Made by a program: the position numbers and the translations under genes. The notes under the pieces were generated by a model that was not told the DNA's origin, did no database searches, and worked only from the letters and a program-made list of their open reading frames with translations. Source: Eledone cirrhosa (taxonomy: Eukaryota). Taken from it: 64,000 bases of DNA. The DNA lies in assembly GCA_964016885.1 (NCBI GenBank), contig OZ024742.1, positions 276,024,001 to 276,088,000 on the forward strand, written 5' to 3'. Positions 38,067 through 50,379 of this stretch are shown here, piece after piece. The number at the start of each line of letters is the position of its first letter. Positions within the stretch are counted from its first letter, which is position 1.

Positions 38067-40672
38067 CATCATCATCATCATCAACGTTTAACGTCCGTGT
38101 TCCACGCTTGCATGGGTTTGGACGGGGGTAGTCCCACTTGAGGCAAGAGTGATTGTCTTGCTCGCATAGGACTGTCTGGCAGGTTTTCTACAGTTGGATG
38201 CCCTTCCTAACACCAACCACATTTACAGTGTGGGTCTGGGAGGTTTTTACCGTGTTGCCTACACGGCCACATTACAGCGTGGACTGTGTGTTTTTTTGTC
38301 GTGACACCTACACGATCTCATTTGTTTCGGCCTGGATGGCGCGGCACCAACATAACTTTACATAGAACGGGGTGGTGTGGATGGGGTGGGGGTGGTGGCG
38401 GGACGGGGTGTAGTTTGTTAGAGATGCCTACTGGCAAGGCGGGTCTTCTCTGTTACTGAGTACCGCCAAAGGTCACGGTCCAGTGACATTGTCTTGGAGA
38501 GGTGTAAGTGTGTGAGGTCGGAGTTTATCAACTCATCCCATGTTTTTCTAGGTCTGCCTATTCCGTGGCTACCGTCTATCTTTATTGCCCTGCACTTTGT
38601 AATACAGCTATCGACTTTCATGCGCATCACGTGTCCATACCAACGCAGCCTTCTCTCGAGTAAACAACATCTGATCCCTCTTATCTCTAATTTTTTCCTT
38701 AGTTCGTTTATGCTTTGCCGTTCACGTATATTACTGTTACACATCCAGCGGAGCATGCAAGCTTCGTTCCTCTCTAGTCTGCGTATATCCTCTGCACACA
38801 ATGCCCAGGTCTCACTACCATGCAACATTGCTGTTCGTATGCAGGCATCGTACAACCTGCCTTTCATTTTTAGGGAGAACCCTTTAGCAGCTAATAGTGG
38901 TATAAGCTCTCTGAACTTTTTCCAACCAGTTCTGACTCTAGCTACAGTACTTTCAGAGCACCCTCCCCCACTGCTGATTTTATCGCCCAGGTAACGGAAG
39001 CTGTCCACTATTTCTATAGAACCCTCTGCGCAATTGAAAGAGCTAGTATTTTGTGGGCACTTGCTGCTACTTATTGCACCAGAACACCGGCCACATGTAA
39101 AGTCTATGTTCTTAGTTAGCTTACCTGTGATCCCACTACATCTTTTATGCACCCATACTTTGCATTTAGGACATAAGATGGAGTTTCTACCTACGCCTTT
39201 CCTACATACCGAGCACGACCATTTCCCAGAAGGGACCGCCGCCTTCTTTTCTTTCCTACAAACTAGAACTTTGGTCTTAGCCAGGTTAATTTTAAGTCCT
39301 TTTGACTCTAGGCCGTGCTTCCATGTTTGGAATTTCTTCTCTAGCTCGGCCATTGATTCCGCTATGAGTGTCAGGTCGTCTGCGTATAGGAGTTCCCATG
39401 GGCAGCCTGTCTTGAACTCCTCTGTTATAGCCTGAAGGGCAATAATAAATAGTAGGGGGCTGAGAACAGAGCCCTGATGGACGCCAACTTTTACGCTAAA
39501 CTCTTCACTATATTCGTTGTTAATTCTAACCTTGCTGACTGTTTCTTTATACATGGCTTGTATAGCCCTCACAAGCCATTCGTCAACGCCTAGTTTTCTA
39601 AGAGCCCACCAGATAATGGAGCGGGGGACTCTGTCGAAGGCTTTCTCCAGGTCGACAAAAGCTAAGTAGAGGGGTTTACCTTTAGCTAGGTACTTCTCCT
39701 GTAGTTGCCGTACTATGAAAAGAGCGTCTGTGGTGCTTTTGCCTGACACAAACCCGAACTGCATTTCATCTAGATCAATTCTCTCTCTGATTAGTTGCGC
39801 TATTACTTTTTCCGTGACCTTCATGACCTGGTCGATTAATTTAATGCCTCTATAGTTACTCCTATCTAGGGCGTCTCCTTTACCCTTATAACAGTTAACG
39901 ATGATGCTGCTATGCCAGTCCTTCGGAACAACCCCATTCTGTACGACTTGGTTAACTATGCGGGTGACCATGGTGTGTCCCACCGTGCCAGATGCCTTCA
40001 GCATCTCAGCAACTATTTCCGAAGGCCCAGCCGCCTTACCAGTCTTCATATCCTTGATTGCCTTACTTATTATACTCCCCTCGACTAACACTGCTGGTCC
40101 CTCTATCGGGTCGATATGGGGGAGACTGTCTTTCTCCCATTTATTCTCCTCATTTAGTAGCCTTTCATAGTGACACTTCCAAGCTACCTTCTTATCAGTG
40201 TCGGTGATGGCAAGTATGCCATCATCGTTAAGTACACACTTCTCCCCGACAATATCACGGTTTTCCTTGACGCATTGCCTGGCAATCCTGAACACCTCAC
40301 GTTTTTGGTCATCGCGTTGTAGAACATGCTTGAACTTTCTTTCCTCAGCTTCCCTTCTTGCTAAGTACACTTCTCTCCTAGCTTCCCTCCTGGCCACTTG
40401 ATAGTCTACTCTACTTCCCCCATCCCGCCATACTTTCCAAGCCTGCTTTTTGGCCTTAATTGACCCCTCCACCCTATTGTTCCACCACCATGTTACTCTC
40501 CTCCTGCCTACAGGCCTGCTCCAGCCACAGACCTCGTCTGTCGCCAACAGCAGGTTTGCTTTCAGAAATTTCCACTGTCCCTCTATATTGTCCAATTCTA
40601 GATGCTCTTCCTTACTGTCGAAAGCATCAAGTAATATGCTTTGAAATTTATTTCTGGCTGTGGTATGCAGGA
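38067..40672 (-). mobile_element. Young RTE LINE, 2.6 kb, 5'-truncated (no endonuclease)
   Basis: Uninterrupted ORF, full 3' UTR, (GAT)n tail; the 5' end abuts a SINE head in opposite orientation. Confidence 0.97.
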
Positions 40673-40682
40673 GGAGGCACAT
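38418..40682 (-). CDS. RTE ORF fragment: linker, reverse transcriptase with inserted PHD finger, C-terminal region (754 aa open, no native start)
   Basis: NYRGIKL, QFGF, AFVDLEKAFD, GVHQGSVLSP, LLYADD, FRYLG, GRPRKTW; the first codons come from the adjacent SINE. Confidence 0.9.
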   Translation of the reverse strand: MCLLLHTTARNKFQSILLDAFDSKEEHLELDNIEGQWKFLKANLLLATDEVCGWSRPVGRRRVTWWWNNRVEGSIKAKKQAWKVWRDGGSRVDYQVARREARREVYLARREAEERKFKHVLQRDDQKREVFRIARQCVKENRDIVGEKCVLNDDGILAITDTDKKVAWKCHYERLLNEENKWEKDSLPHIDPIEGPAVLVEGSIISKAIKDMKTGKAAGPSEIVAEMLKASGTVGHTMVTRIVNQVVQNGVVPKDWHSSIIVNCYKGKGDALDRSNYRGIKLIDQVMKVTEKVIAQLIRERIDLDEMQFGFVSGKSTTDALFIVRQLQEKYLAKGKPLYLAFVDLEKAFDRVPRSIIWWALRKLGVDEWLVRAIQAMYKETVSKVRINNEYSEEFSVKVGVHQGSVLSPLLFIIALQAITEEFKTGCPWELLYADDLTLIAESMAELEKKFQTWKHGLESKGLKINLAKTKVLVCRKEKKAAVPSGKWSCSVCRKGVGRNSILCPKCKVWVHKRCSGITGKLTKNIDFTCGRCSGAISSSKCPQNTSSFNCAEGSIEIVDSFRYLGDKISSGGGCSESTVARVRTGWKKFRELIPLLAAKGFSLKMKGRLYDACIRTAMLHGSETWALCAEDIRRLERNEACMLRWMCNSNIRERQSINELRKKLEIRGIRCCLLERRLRWYGHVMRMKVDSCITKCRAIKIDGSHGIGRPRKTWDELINSDLTHLHLSKTMSLDRDLWRYSVTEKTRLASRHL

Positions 40683-41000
40683 GGCTTAGTGGTTAGAGCA
40701 TTGAGCTTGCAACCGAAAGGTTGTGAGTTCAATTCTCAGACCAGGTGATGTGTTGTTTCCTTGAGCAAGACACTTTATTTCACATTGCTCCAGTTTACTC
40801 AGCTGTAGAAATGAGATGATAGGACTGGGGTCCATATCATTCCACTGCAAAGTGGACGTGGAGGTGCCACAGCAAAAAAGCACCCAGCACTCACTGTAAA
40901 TGAGGTTGGTGTTAGGAAGGGCATCCAGCTGTAGAAATCAAGCCAGAATCAGTTCCCGTCCCACCCTTGCAAGCAGGGAAAAGCGGACGTAAAATGATGA
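40673..41000 (+). mobile_element. CORE-type SINE with RTE tail
   Basis: Near-identical to 11621-11991. Confidence 0.88.
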
Positions 41001-41333
41001 TATACATATATGTGTGTATAGAAGATACATAAATATACACATATGTAATACAGATGATGTAAGATGAGACAAGCAAAGTGGAATGTAGGAAAGAACAGCA
41101 TAGTGGTAGTGGTGTTGTTGTTGGTGATGTTGATGGTGGCAGTGTTAGTGTTGGTCGCAGTGTTTGTGTTGGTGGTTGTGTTAGTATTGGTGGCGGTGTT
41201 GGCATGTGATAGATACTCAGCACAGTTTGCAACATACACATGTGTGTGTGAGTGTGTGTATGTTTATATATGTGGTAATAAAGTTATTTCAGTGATTTCT
41301 TTTGCTGATACGTAAAAGCTATCTGTTAAATGA

Positions 41334-41785
41334 AACTTGGTAGAAATATCCAAAGTATAGAGCAATTTAAGTCTGTAGGGCAAGTTTGAATATATTATTG
41401 TTAAGACCAGTACTACAATGGAATCATACCAGGAAGGTATGTTTCATTGGTTAGGAGGACCAACTTACCAGCCCGTGCCAAGGGAAACTAGAGTCAACTT
41501 CTTAGACTTTAACCTCGACCTATGCACGTACATGTATAAACTCTTCCATAAGCCTGGTGAAAACCTTAGATACATACCTAAAAGCTCATGCCATCCCCTT
41601 ATAGTCTTTAAAAATCTAGTTAAGAATGTTTCTTCCCCTGGCACAGGTTGAAAAGTTGGTCCTCCTAACCAACAAAAGATACACGCCTGGTATGGCTTCA
41701 ATGTAGTACTGGCCTTAACAATAATATATTAAAACTCGCCCTATGGACTTGAATTGCTCTATACTTTGGATATTTCTATCAAGTT
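41334..41785. mobile_element. MITE/foldback element with imperfect TIRs of about 155 bp, superfamily unassigned
   Basis: AACTTGGTAGAAATATCCAAAGTATAGAGCAATT... mirrors ...AATTGCTCTATACTTTGGATATTTCTATCAAGTT; no clear TSD. Confidence 0.8.
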
Positions 41786-42011
41786 ATTACCACATACACA
41801 CACACATTTATAAACATACATATATACATATATCATCATCATTGTTTAACATCCATTTTTCCACACTAGCATGGATTAGACGAGTTGGCCCAGTTGTGAG
41901 ACAAGTCAGGTCAGATGACTTGTCTCATACAGAACTGTTTCTAGCTTGGTTTCTACAACTGGATGCCCTTTCTAATGCCAACCATATTCACACACACATA
42001 CACACACACAC

Positions 42012-42067
<56 letters not shown>

Positions 42068-42169
42068 AGAGAGCGAGAGATGCACATACACACATACCAA
42101 CATGTTGATATTAATTATATTCATTGTTAAAATCTATATATCATGCCTAACATTATGTGTAAGTATATA

Positions 42170-42975
42170 TACTTTATAGGATGTACACAATGCAAATCTT
42201 GGGGACACATGATGGGTAGTGGGATAACAGGCAGACTAACAGGAAAGGAAGACTTTGTATGTAGTAAATGTTCAGGGACAAATGATAGTAAGGGTGCCAA
42301 CAATAATAAAATAAAAATATAAATCATTTCCAATCCCTGGAAGGATTCATAGAAGTAGTCAATAGCTACCTAGGTCATATAATTAGCAGTGGAGGAGGGT
42401 ACTCAGAGAGCATAGTAGCTAGAATAAGGACGAGGTGGAAGAAGTTTAGAGAGCTACTCCCACTGATACTCAACAGACAACAAAAGGTTTCTCCTTACAG
42501 ACGAAAAGTTGGCTGTATAATGCCCGTGTGCGAAGTGTGCATGGTAGTGAGATATGGACAGTGAACACAGTTTATGTAAAGGCTGGAGAGAAAAGAGGCA
42601 AGCATGCTTTAATGGATGTGCAATATTGATGTGGAAGAATGACAAAGCATGGATGAACTGAAAGAGAAACTAGGTATAAGAGGAATCAGATGTAGTGTGT
42701 TGGAGAGAAGACTGTGTTGGAAAAGACATGGGATGCGTATGGATGATGATCACTGGGTGAAGAAGTGCCAAGTAACCCCAGTGGAGGGAAAGCCACAGTA
42801 GAGGAAAACAAAAGAAGACCTGAATAGAAGTGGTGAGAACTGATCTCAAATCGCTGAAACTCACAGAGACGCCAAAGTAACACACAAGTTGAAAGATGCT
42901 GTACTGAAAAGAACCCCTCCAAACTATTCTAGCGTGGAACAGCAGATGTAAAATGGCAATGATGATAATGATGAT
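42170..42975 (+). mobile_element. Decayed RTE LINE 3' part
   Basis: PHD remnant (CTQCKSWGH...FVCSKC), RIRTRWKKFRELLP, (GAT)n tail. Confidence 0.8.
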
Positions 42976-43089
42976 ACACACACATTGTTACAATCTATAA
43001 AGCAATGTATTTATGCAGCAGTTTGTTATGAAAACAGATGGCAAATAAAGTGAGTTGTACTGTTAGTGTTACACACTACCATTCCTCTA

Positions 43090-43570
43090 CTAACAGACTC
43101 TGCAGCACACTACACCACACCTCAAAATACTACACTACACCACACTACACAACACCATACCACACAACATCACATTATACCACATGATATCACACCATAT
43201 CACAGTACACCACAACACCACACATCACTACACCACACCACACAAGATTACACAACACCACAAAACACCATACCCTTACACCATTACACCACACAACACT
43301 ACACCACACCACAACTCAACGCATCACACTACACCACAGTACATCATATCACTACACCACGCTACAGCACACCAAAATAAACTACACCACATCACACATC
43401 ACCACACCATATCACATCACATCACTACACCACACCAAATCCCACACCACTACAGTACACCTCAACACACCACACCACACCACACATCATTACAGCAAAT
43501 CTCAACACACCACACTATACCAGACGACACCACACTACACCATACCATATAGCACTACACTACCCCACAT
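43090..43570. repeat. Degenerate (CACCA/CACTA)n pentamer array, followed by a ~30-bp tandem at about 43625-43790
   Basis: Direct reading. Confidence 0.9.
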
Positions 43571-44053
43571 TATACTAACAGACTTGCATCACTCAACATG
43601 CTGGAAATAATCAAATCAGTGAGCTACATCATGAGATCTGGCTCATCATAATGTGGACCACATGAGATAAGGCTCATCATAATGTAGGCCACATGAAATA
43701 TGGCTCAATGTGGACCACATGAGATATATCATAATGTGGACCATATGACATGCAGCTCATAATATGGACTATCTGAAATATGGCTTATCAAATATCTTAA
43801 AAAGGAAGAACACTTTAAATGATGTAGTCCTAGATAAAGACAGGATAGTCATGGGTAGGAGAGGTGGTTGGTAGGTTAGTTGGAGAGGAGGGAGTTGGCA
43901 GTATGGATGATAGAGTAGCAGTGATGGTGGTAATTGAAGCTGATATTAAAACAGTAAATCACAGTTCTAACAATGTCACCACCACCACCACAACCACAAT
44001 AATCATCAGTCATTACCATCATCATTATCCCACCACCACTACCATAGTATGTG

Positions 44054-44375
44054 AAGACGCATGGCTTTGCGGTTAGGTTAGCGTAATCAGCTCACAATCA
44101 AAAGGTCGTGAGTTCGATTCCTGGTGGCGTGTTGTGTCCTTGAGCAAGGCACTTTATTTCACATTGCTTCAGTCCACTCAGCTAGTAAAAATGAGTTGTA
44201 CCTGTAGTTCGATGGACCAGCCTTGTCACACACTGTGTCACACTGAATCTCCCTGAGAACTACATAAAGGGTACATGTGTCTGTGGAATGCTCAGCCACT
44301 TGCATGTTAATTACACAAGCAGGCTGTTCCATTGATCGGATCAACTGGAACACTCACACTCATCGTCATAATCGA
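44054..44375 (+). mobile_element. CORE-type SINE with a different (non-RTE-UTR) tail
   Basis: tRNA head GCATGGCTTTGCGGTTAG...GAGTTCGATTCC, CORE-like body, tail GCCTTGTCACACACTGTGTCAC...; related decayed copy at about 25510-26020. Confidence 0.8.
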
Positions 44376-44779
44376 TGTAGTGCTTCCACTACCATAGTAA
44401 TCATCATTATCATCACCAACACTATCAATACCACTACCATCACAACAACAACAATCATCACGAACATCATTACTATCATTACCATCATCATTATCCCACC
44501 ACCACTACCATAGTCATCATCATTATCATCACCATGACTAAACTATTACTATCATCACCACCACCACCACCACAACAACAATCATCACAAACATCATTAC
44601 AATCATTACCATCATTGTTATCCCACCACCACCACCACCACTACCATAGTCATCATCATTATCATCACCATGACTATTGCTATCATCACCAACACTATCA
44701 CCACCATCATCACCATTGTATGTAAGTGTGCTTGTAAGTAGGGAAAGAGAAAGAAGTGAGGGAGAGGGAAGAAATGGGG

Positions 44780-44812
<33 letters not shown>

Positions 44813-46474
44813 TGTATATGCAGTTTAGTGAAAGGTGTGAACAGGTGCAATGAAAATGTATCAGTGTGTTATATAACACACTTAGTATATACCTGTGTAA
44901 GTGAGGGTAGGGAACATGTTTACATACACATAAACTCCACAGTCATATGTGTGAGTGTGATATCCCCACCTCTGCCATAAAATATGCCTCCCCATTCTTA
45001 TGTTAGCATCTATATCAGTGTGCGCATGTGTGTGTGAATGTATGTGTGTGTGGTGTATGTTTGTGTAAGTGTTTGTGTGTGTGAAAGAGAGAGAGAGATG
45101 CTTTCACCCCACCACTGCCATAAAGCAAGTATTACACTATCAGGCATGTTTTGTTGAGTGATTTGTTTAGAGATTAGTCTCTTGCTACTATAACAGTCAT
45201 ACACATCATAAACACACACACACCACATCATGCATAACACACATCACACCAGCACATACACATCACACCAACACATACCACATAAACACATACACATCAC
45301 ATTAGTCATTTTGCAACACTAAAAACATTCTTTTATTGCTTTACTGGTATCAGTCATTGTGAAAACACATGGTCTTGTGGTTAGATTGCTGGGCTCATGA
45401 TCATTAAGTCATAGGTTCAATTCTTGAACTAGGTGGCTTGTAGGTCTAGGTCCTTGAGCAAGACACTTTATTTCATGATGCTCCAATCCACTCAGCTGGA
45501 GAAAATGAGTTCCATCCTGTGATGAACTACCAACATGTCCAGGAAGCAAGTTGTTTGCCAGTGATATCACTTGACTCAAGCTGTATATATTTTTGCTTTC
45601 TCTTTAGACAAAATTGGTGGCATGGAGAGGTGAAGCTAACTGCTTTGGCATACTCACAACCTTACAATTGCCTTTACAAATGAGTTGCTAGACCAGAAAC
45701 TTAATGAAAATTAAATGTATATGAATGTAGGAATATGAAGCCTTCATTTGCAGAGGATAGATATTGGCTGAGAATGATGATGATGATGATGAAAGACCTC
45801 GCTTTAACCCTTTCATGACCATATATTGTAACAAAATATACAACATTTGAATTAATTAGTGAGGAATTTAAAGGATTTACTCAAATTATTGAATATTTTA
45901 TTATTAAGATGCTATTTGTAATATTCTTGTATCAAATTTTGTTGAAAGGTTATATTTTAAATAAGAACCCTTTAAAACAGTTTGTTTTGTTTCATAGAAC
46001 CAAGTGTGTATGAAAAGGGTTAATTGAAATTACAGTGAAAGCTGTTTATCATTATAAATAACAACAAATCATCAGTTTTATCAATGCTCCACCACACTGA
46101 ATGGATGAAAGGGTAAATGTAACCTGGGTTTTTTTTGTTGTGTCAGCAACACAACCATTTTACAGTGTGGACTAGGAGCTTTTTGTCATGGCACCAAAAT
46201 GATCTTGTTACCTTAAAGGAAGGGCTAGGTGCTCTTTTACCATGGCACAAAAGATGTGGGATCTCAGACATTCTATCAAAGAATGTAGGTTTTATGCAGA
46301 GGGGCATTAAGCAGCAAGTGTTCACAGGAAACAAGCTCTATCAAATTCTTAGAGGGTTCCGTAAAAGCAGTTGATAGCTTCTGCTATGTGAGTGACCAAA
46401 TTAGCAGATAATCCGCCTTTTTGTAATCATATGTTCTTACATTCTTTGCAAATTATCTCCTGTTAATGTTTGAT

Positions 46475-46512
<38 letters not shown>

Positions 46513-46578
46513 AATATTGTTGAGTAAAATGACAGGAGGCTGGACTGGTGAAATTCCTTCAAAGATTTATTTCAGCAA

Positions 46579-46636
46579 ACACTATGTACATTTCAGTGGC
46601 CAGGTTACGTAAGATCCTGGTGACATCATCAGGTGT
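46579..46636 (-). ncRNA. Type I minimal hammerhead motif
   Basis: Minus strand ACAC-CTGATGA-TGTCACCAGG-(11)-CCTGGCCACT-GAA-ATGTACAT-A-GTGT: palindromic stem III, AUA site. Confidence 0.7.
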
Positions 46637-47094
46637 ATATTGCATACTATTTATATAATAAAGGAATAATGGTAAACATAATCCAAGAGGCTATAAGGAG
46701 AGAAAGCAGAGAAAAAAATGTTTTTGACTGGAAGGCGATCATGAGGGCCAGTTGTTGACAGTATATATATATGAAAATCAAGATGGATTCAGTAAGAAAC
46801 TGGTTAAACCATTACTCACCAGAGTACTTGATACTTGGGGTAGTAGAGTATGGTTATATGAATGAGTTGGGACCCCAATGGCTGAGCTCCTGCTAGTTCC
46901 AGACTGGAACTAGCTGTTGAACCTGCAGGAGCTCAGCTGTCCCGCTCATTCACACACATACATGTGTGTGTATCATAGAAATCTGGGACTTGTCTCTTTC
47001 CTCTCACTTTCTGTTGCTTAAACCATTTTGTTTGTTCACCCTAACCTTCTCTTTATTTACGTGTCCCAACGACTTTTTTTAGCCGTTGTTCGCA

Positions 47095-47167
47095 CCAACC
47101 TGAGGCATATGGCCCTTAAAGCGATGAAATGCCTGGGACGGTTGGAGGGTCACTGATGAAGGACTCC
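47095..47167 (+). ncRNA. Candidate non-circularly permuted hammerhead, copy 1
   Basis: AGGCAT-A-TGGCCCT-taaagcgat-GAA-ATGCCT-gggacggttgg-AGGGTCA-CTGATGA-aggac: stems III (6 bp) and I (7 bp) in exact catalytic register; stem II almost absent. Confidence 0.55.
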
Positions 47168-47727
47168 CCCCCTTTTTTATATGTAACCCATTTGCAACGC
47201 CGCAGCTCCATTATTATCATATTTACACATTTTTTTCCTCTGCTGCCACCCGTCTGTTTCTCTCTTTGTATCTTTACCCTTTCTAGCAGTCTCTCTCTCT
47301 GTTAGCCTCTTCCTCAACTTTCACTCACTCATACCCTGTCACTACCTCTCCTCCTCTCCTCTTTCTTCCCGCTTGACCTGTCCGATTCCTTTTCTCGCGC
47401 ACTCTTGGCCAAGCCGGTATGAATTTCTTTTCTCTCTCTCTCTCGTCTGCGTCTTCACAAAACTTATGTTTACCGAATTCGCAGACCAGACCCCTTCTTC
47501 TTCTTCCTCCCGTTAGACCTGTGCGAAATTCCTTCCTTACTCACATTTCAACCAGGTCCGATGGTCTTTATTCTCTAGTAGTTCACGATTTTATCGAGTT
47601 TATATTCATAGAAATCTGGGACTTGTCTCTTTCCTCTCACTTTCTGTTGCTTAAACCATTTTGTTTGTTCACCCTAACGTTCTCTTTATTTACGTGTCCC
47701 AACGACTTTTTTTAGCCGTTGTTCGCA

Positions 47728-47800
47728 CCAACCTGAGGCATATGGCCCTTAAAGCGATGAAATGCCTGGGACGGTTGGAGGGTCACTGATGAAGGACTCC
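47728..47800 (+). ncRNA. Candidate non-circularly permuted hammerhead, copy 2
   Basis: Identical to 47095-47167. Confidence 0.55.
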
Positions 47801-47900
47801 CCCCCCCCTTTTTTTATATGTAACCCATTTGCAACGGCCGCAGCTCCATTATTATCATATATATATATATATATATCTATATATATATATATATACACAC

Positions 47901-47940
<40 letters not shown>

Positions 47941-49768
47941 CTGTTCTTTTCTCACCTTCTTCCCTAGCAGCTGGTTTCTATAACTGGTGGAGGAAGGGGT
48001 GTAACAGAACACATCCCCTCCATACACACACCCATACTCAACCTATCTGTCTACTCCTGTGTGTCTCTGTTCTGTGATTTATCTTCCAAAGAGAACTTCG
48101 AAATCCACCCACACACACACACCATCACCACCACCACTACCCACTCCCATTTTATGGTCCTCTCTTGTCTTCTAGAAACAGTTGGGGAGAAAGGGGGTTA
48201 CAGGAGGAGGTAATTCAAAGAGTTTCTCCCCTGCTCTCTCCCTCCTCTACTCCTATCCTTAACTACTCCCCACTATATTCTTCTCTAGTGTCTTCTAGGA
48301 TAGGGGAAAGAAAGGTGAAGGGGTACAGATCAAAGAGCCTCTCCACTCCTTTCTTTCTCTCTCTAGGAGAGGGAGAGAATCTTCTTCTTTCTACTCCCCC
48401 ATTCACAAGCACACACCCATACACACATACATATGCATACACACACACATACATAGTGGTCATCATAAACATCAAAGATGGGCAAGATGTGGTGGTGGTG
48501 GTTGTGTTGATGTTGATTATGTAGGGGTATTGACAATGTTGGTGGTGGTGGTGGTAGTGGTGGTGATGTTGATGGTGGTAGTGTTGTTGTTGTTGTGGTG
48601 GTAGTTGTGCTAATAGTGGTGGCATTGTTGTGGCAGTGGTAAATGTACTTGTGGTGATGGCATTGGTATTATTTAGTATTTATTGGCAGTGTTGTTCTCA
48701 ATCAAACCCAAACATTATAACAATCACCATCATTGAGAATATTGCCATCATCACCATCACCAGCATCACTATAAAAAGGGCCACTATCAATATCAACACC
48801 ATTGTCATCACTACCACCAGCATTATCAACACTAGCCCCATTATCAATACCATCGCCATTACTACTAACAACACAACCATCATCACCAGCATCATTGCCA
48901 TCAATACCACCACCATCATCATCATCATCATAGTAGTATAGTAGATGGATGATGGAATGTAGTGATATGAGTGGGTGGATGTACAGAAATAATTACTATT
49001 TTTGTTAGTTTATTAACACACATATACTCAAATACACACATATATACATATACATACACCCAAATACATACACAATCATATACAAACAACCTACACACAT
49101 AAATACATGCTTACATAAACACAGACATATACAACCCCCTTTGCCCTGCACAAAAACTGTCAAGATGTACAAACATTTATCATGACAACCACCACTATCT
49201 TCACTATCACCATCACCCACACTACTGCCACCACTAACACCACCATTACAACACTAATTAGCATCAAAGTAATCTCAGCATCTGTATGTCATAGATATTA
49301 TCATCATTATCAACATCATCTGTAAATCCTCATTAACACTCATCATCACCATTACTATCAGCAGTGTCATCGCCACCATCATTATCACAAGTAATCACCA
49401 TCATAAGCATTCTTCCTCATTACTATCATCATCATCATCATCATTAACACCATCATCATCACCACCATCAACATCATTATTATAACCATCACTCTAGACA
49501 GTTGAAGAATTAGTCATATATACATACACACCCAAACACACAGAGATAAACACCATTGTTATCTTGCAATAATTAATTGTTTTTCCTATGGCTTGTCAGA
49601 AAACAATCTGAAGCTATTATCATCATCATTGTTATTATCACCCCCACCATACAATCCATTCACCTACCACTATCTTAGCCTAGGTGTTCTCATCACCACA
49701 TCTCCCCACGCCATGCTATCAAAAGTCACCTCTTTTCCTTTCCCACTCAGTTCTGTCAAATCACATAT

Positions 49769-49948
49769 GGCAGTATCAGTAGAGAGTCTGACGCCATGCT
49801 TTGCAGCAAAGAGTTACGGCCCTTGCCATTCTGAGTTCAAATCACGCCGAGGTTAACTTTGCCTTTCATCCTTACGGGGTCGATAAAATAAAGTACCAGT
49901 AATGCACTGGGATAATTGTTGGCCTTGTGCCAAAAGTAGAAACAATTA
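49769..49948 (+). mobile_element. SINE family 2
   Basis: Matches 36126-36303. Confidence 0.85.
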
Positions 49949-50379
49949 TATATATGCCATAACTTCATACTTATCTCCTCCTATATCTCCCAGTCAACCC
50001 CCACAGAAACACAGCCTCTATAGTGTTAGAGCCACGAAAATGCAAAGAGTACATTCTGTAAAGTGGTTGGTAACAGAAGGGGCACCCCATTGTAGGAACC
50101 ATGCCTAAAAAAAAGTTGAGAGAACCCTTCAGTTGTGTCAATTGCACAAGCTCTCTAGTGATGGTGATGTACACAATAAACACACTGTAAAGTGGTTGGT
50201 GATAGGAAGGGCATCCAGCCATAGAATGCTTGCCAAACAAAGGGTTGAGAAAACACTCCATGTGTGTCAAAGGCATGACAACTTCTCTTGTGTTGGTAGA
50301 ACAGACCCCATCCCTTTCAGTACTGACTTGGTCTATGAAAACTCAAATGATGGTGGTGATCATTATCATCACCATCATC

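Larger units (their letters stand above)
46973..47860 (+). mobile_element. Young non-coding element with ~250-bp direct terminal repeats (period 633 bp); retrozyme- or Penelope-like
   Basis: 46973-47222 recurs almost exactly at 47606-47860; CpG-rich; sits between TG/TA microsatellites; no TG...CA LTR ends. Confidence 0.8.

Noticed and set aside
38494-40696. Recurrent antisense ORFs over RTE copies
   Set aside because: Shadow frames of the RT coding strand, broken at different places in different copies.
47066-47135. Pistol ribozyme or C/D snoRNA reading of the 47.1-kb motif
   Set aside because: CCCTTAAAGCG resembles pistol only superficially (no P3, no matching pseudoknot loop); the C-to-D box distance is too short for a snoRNA.
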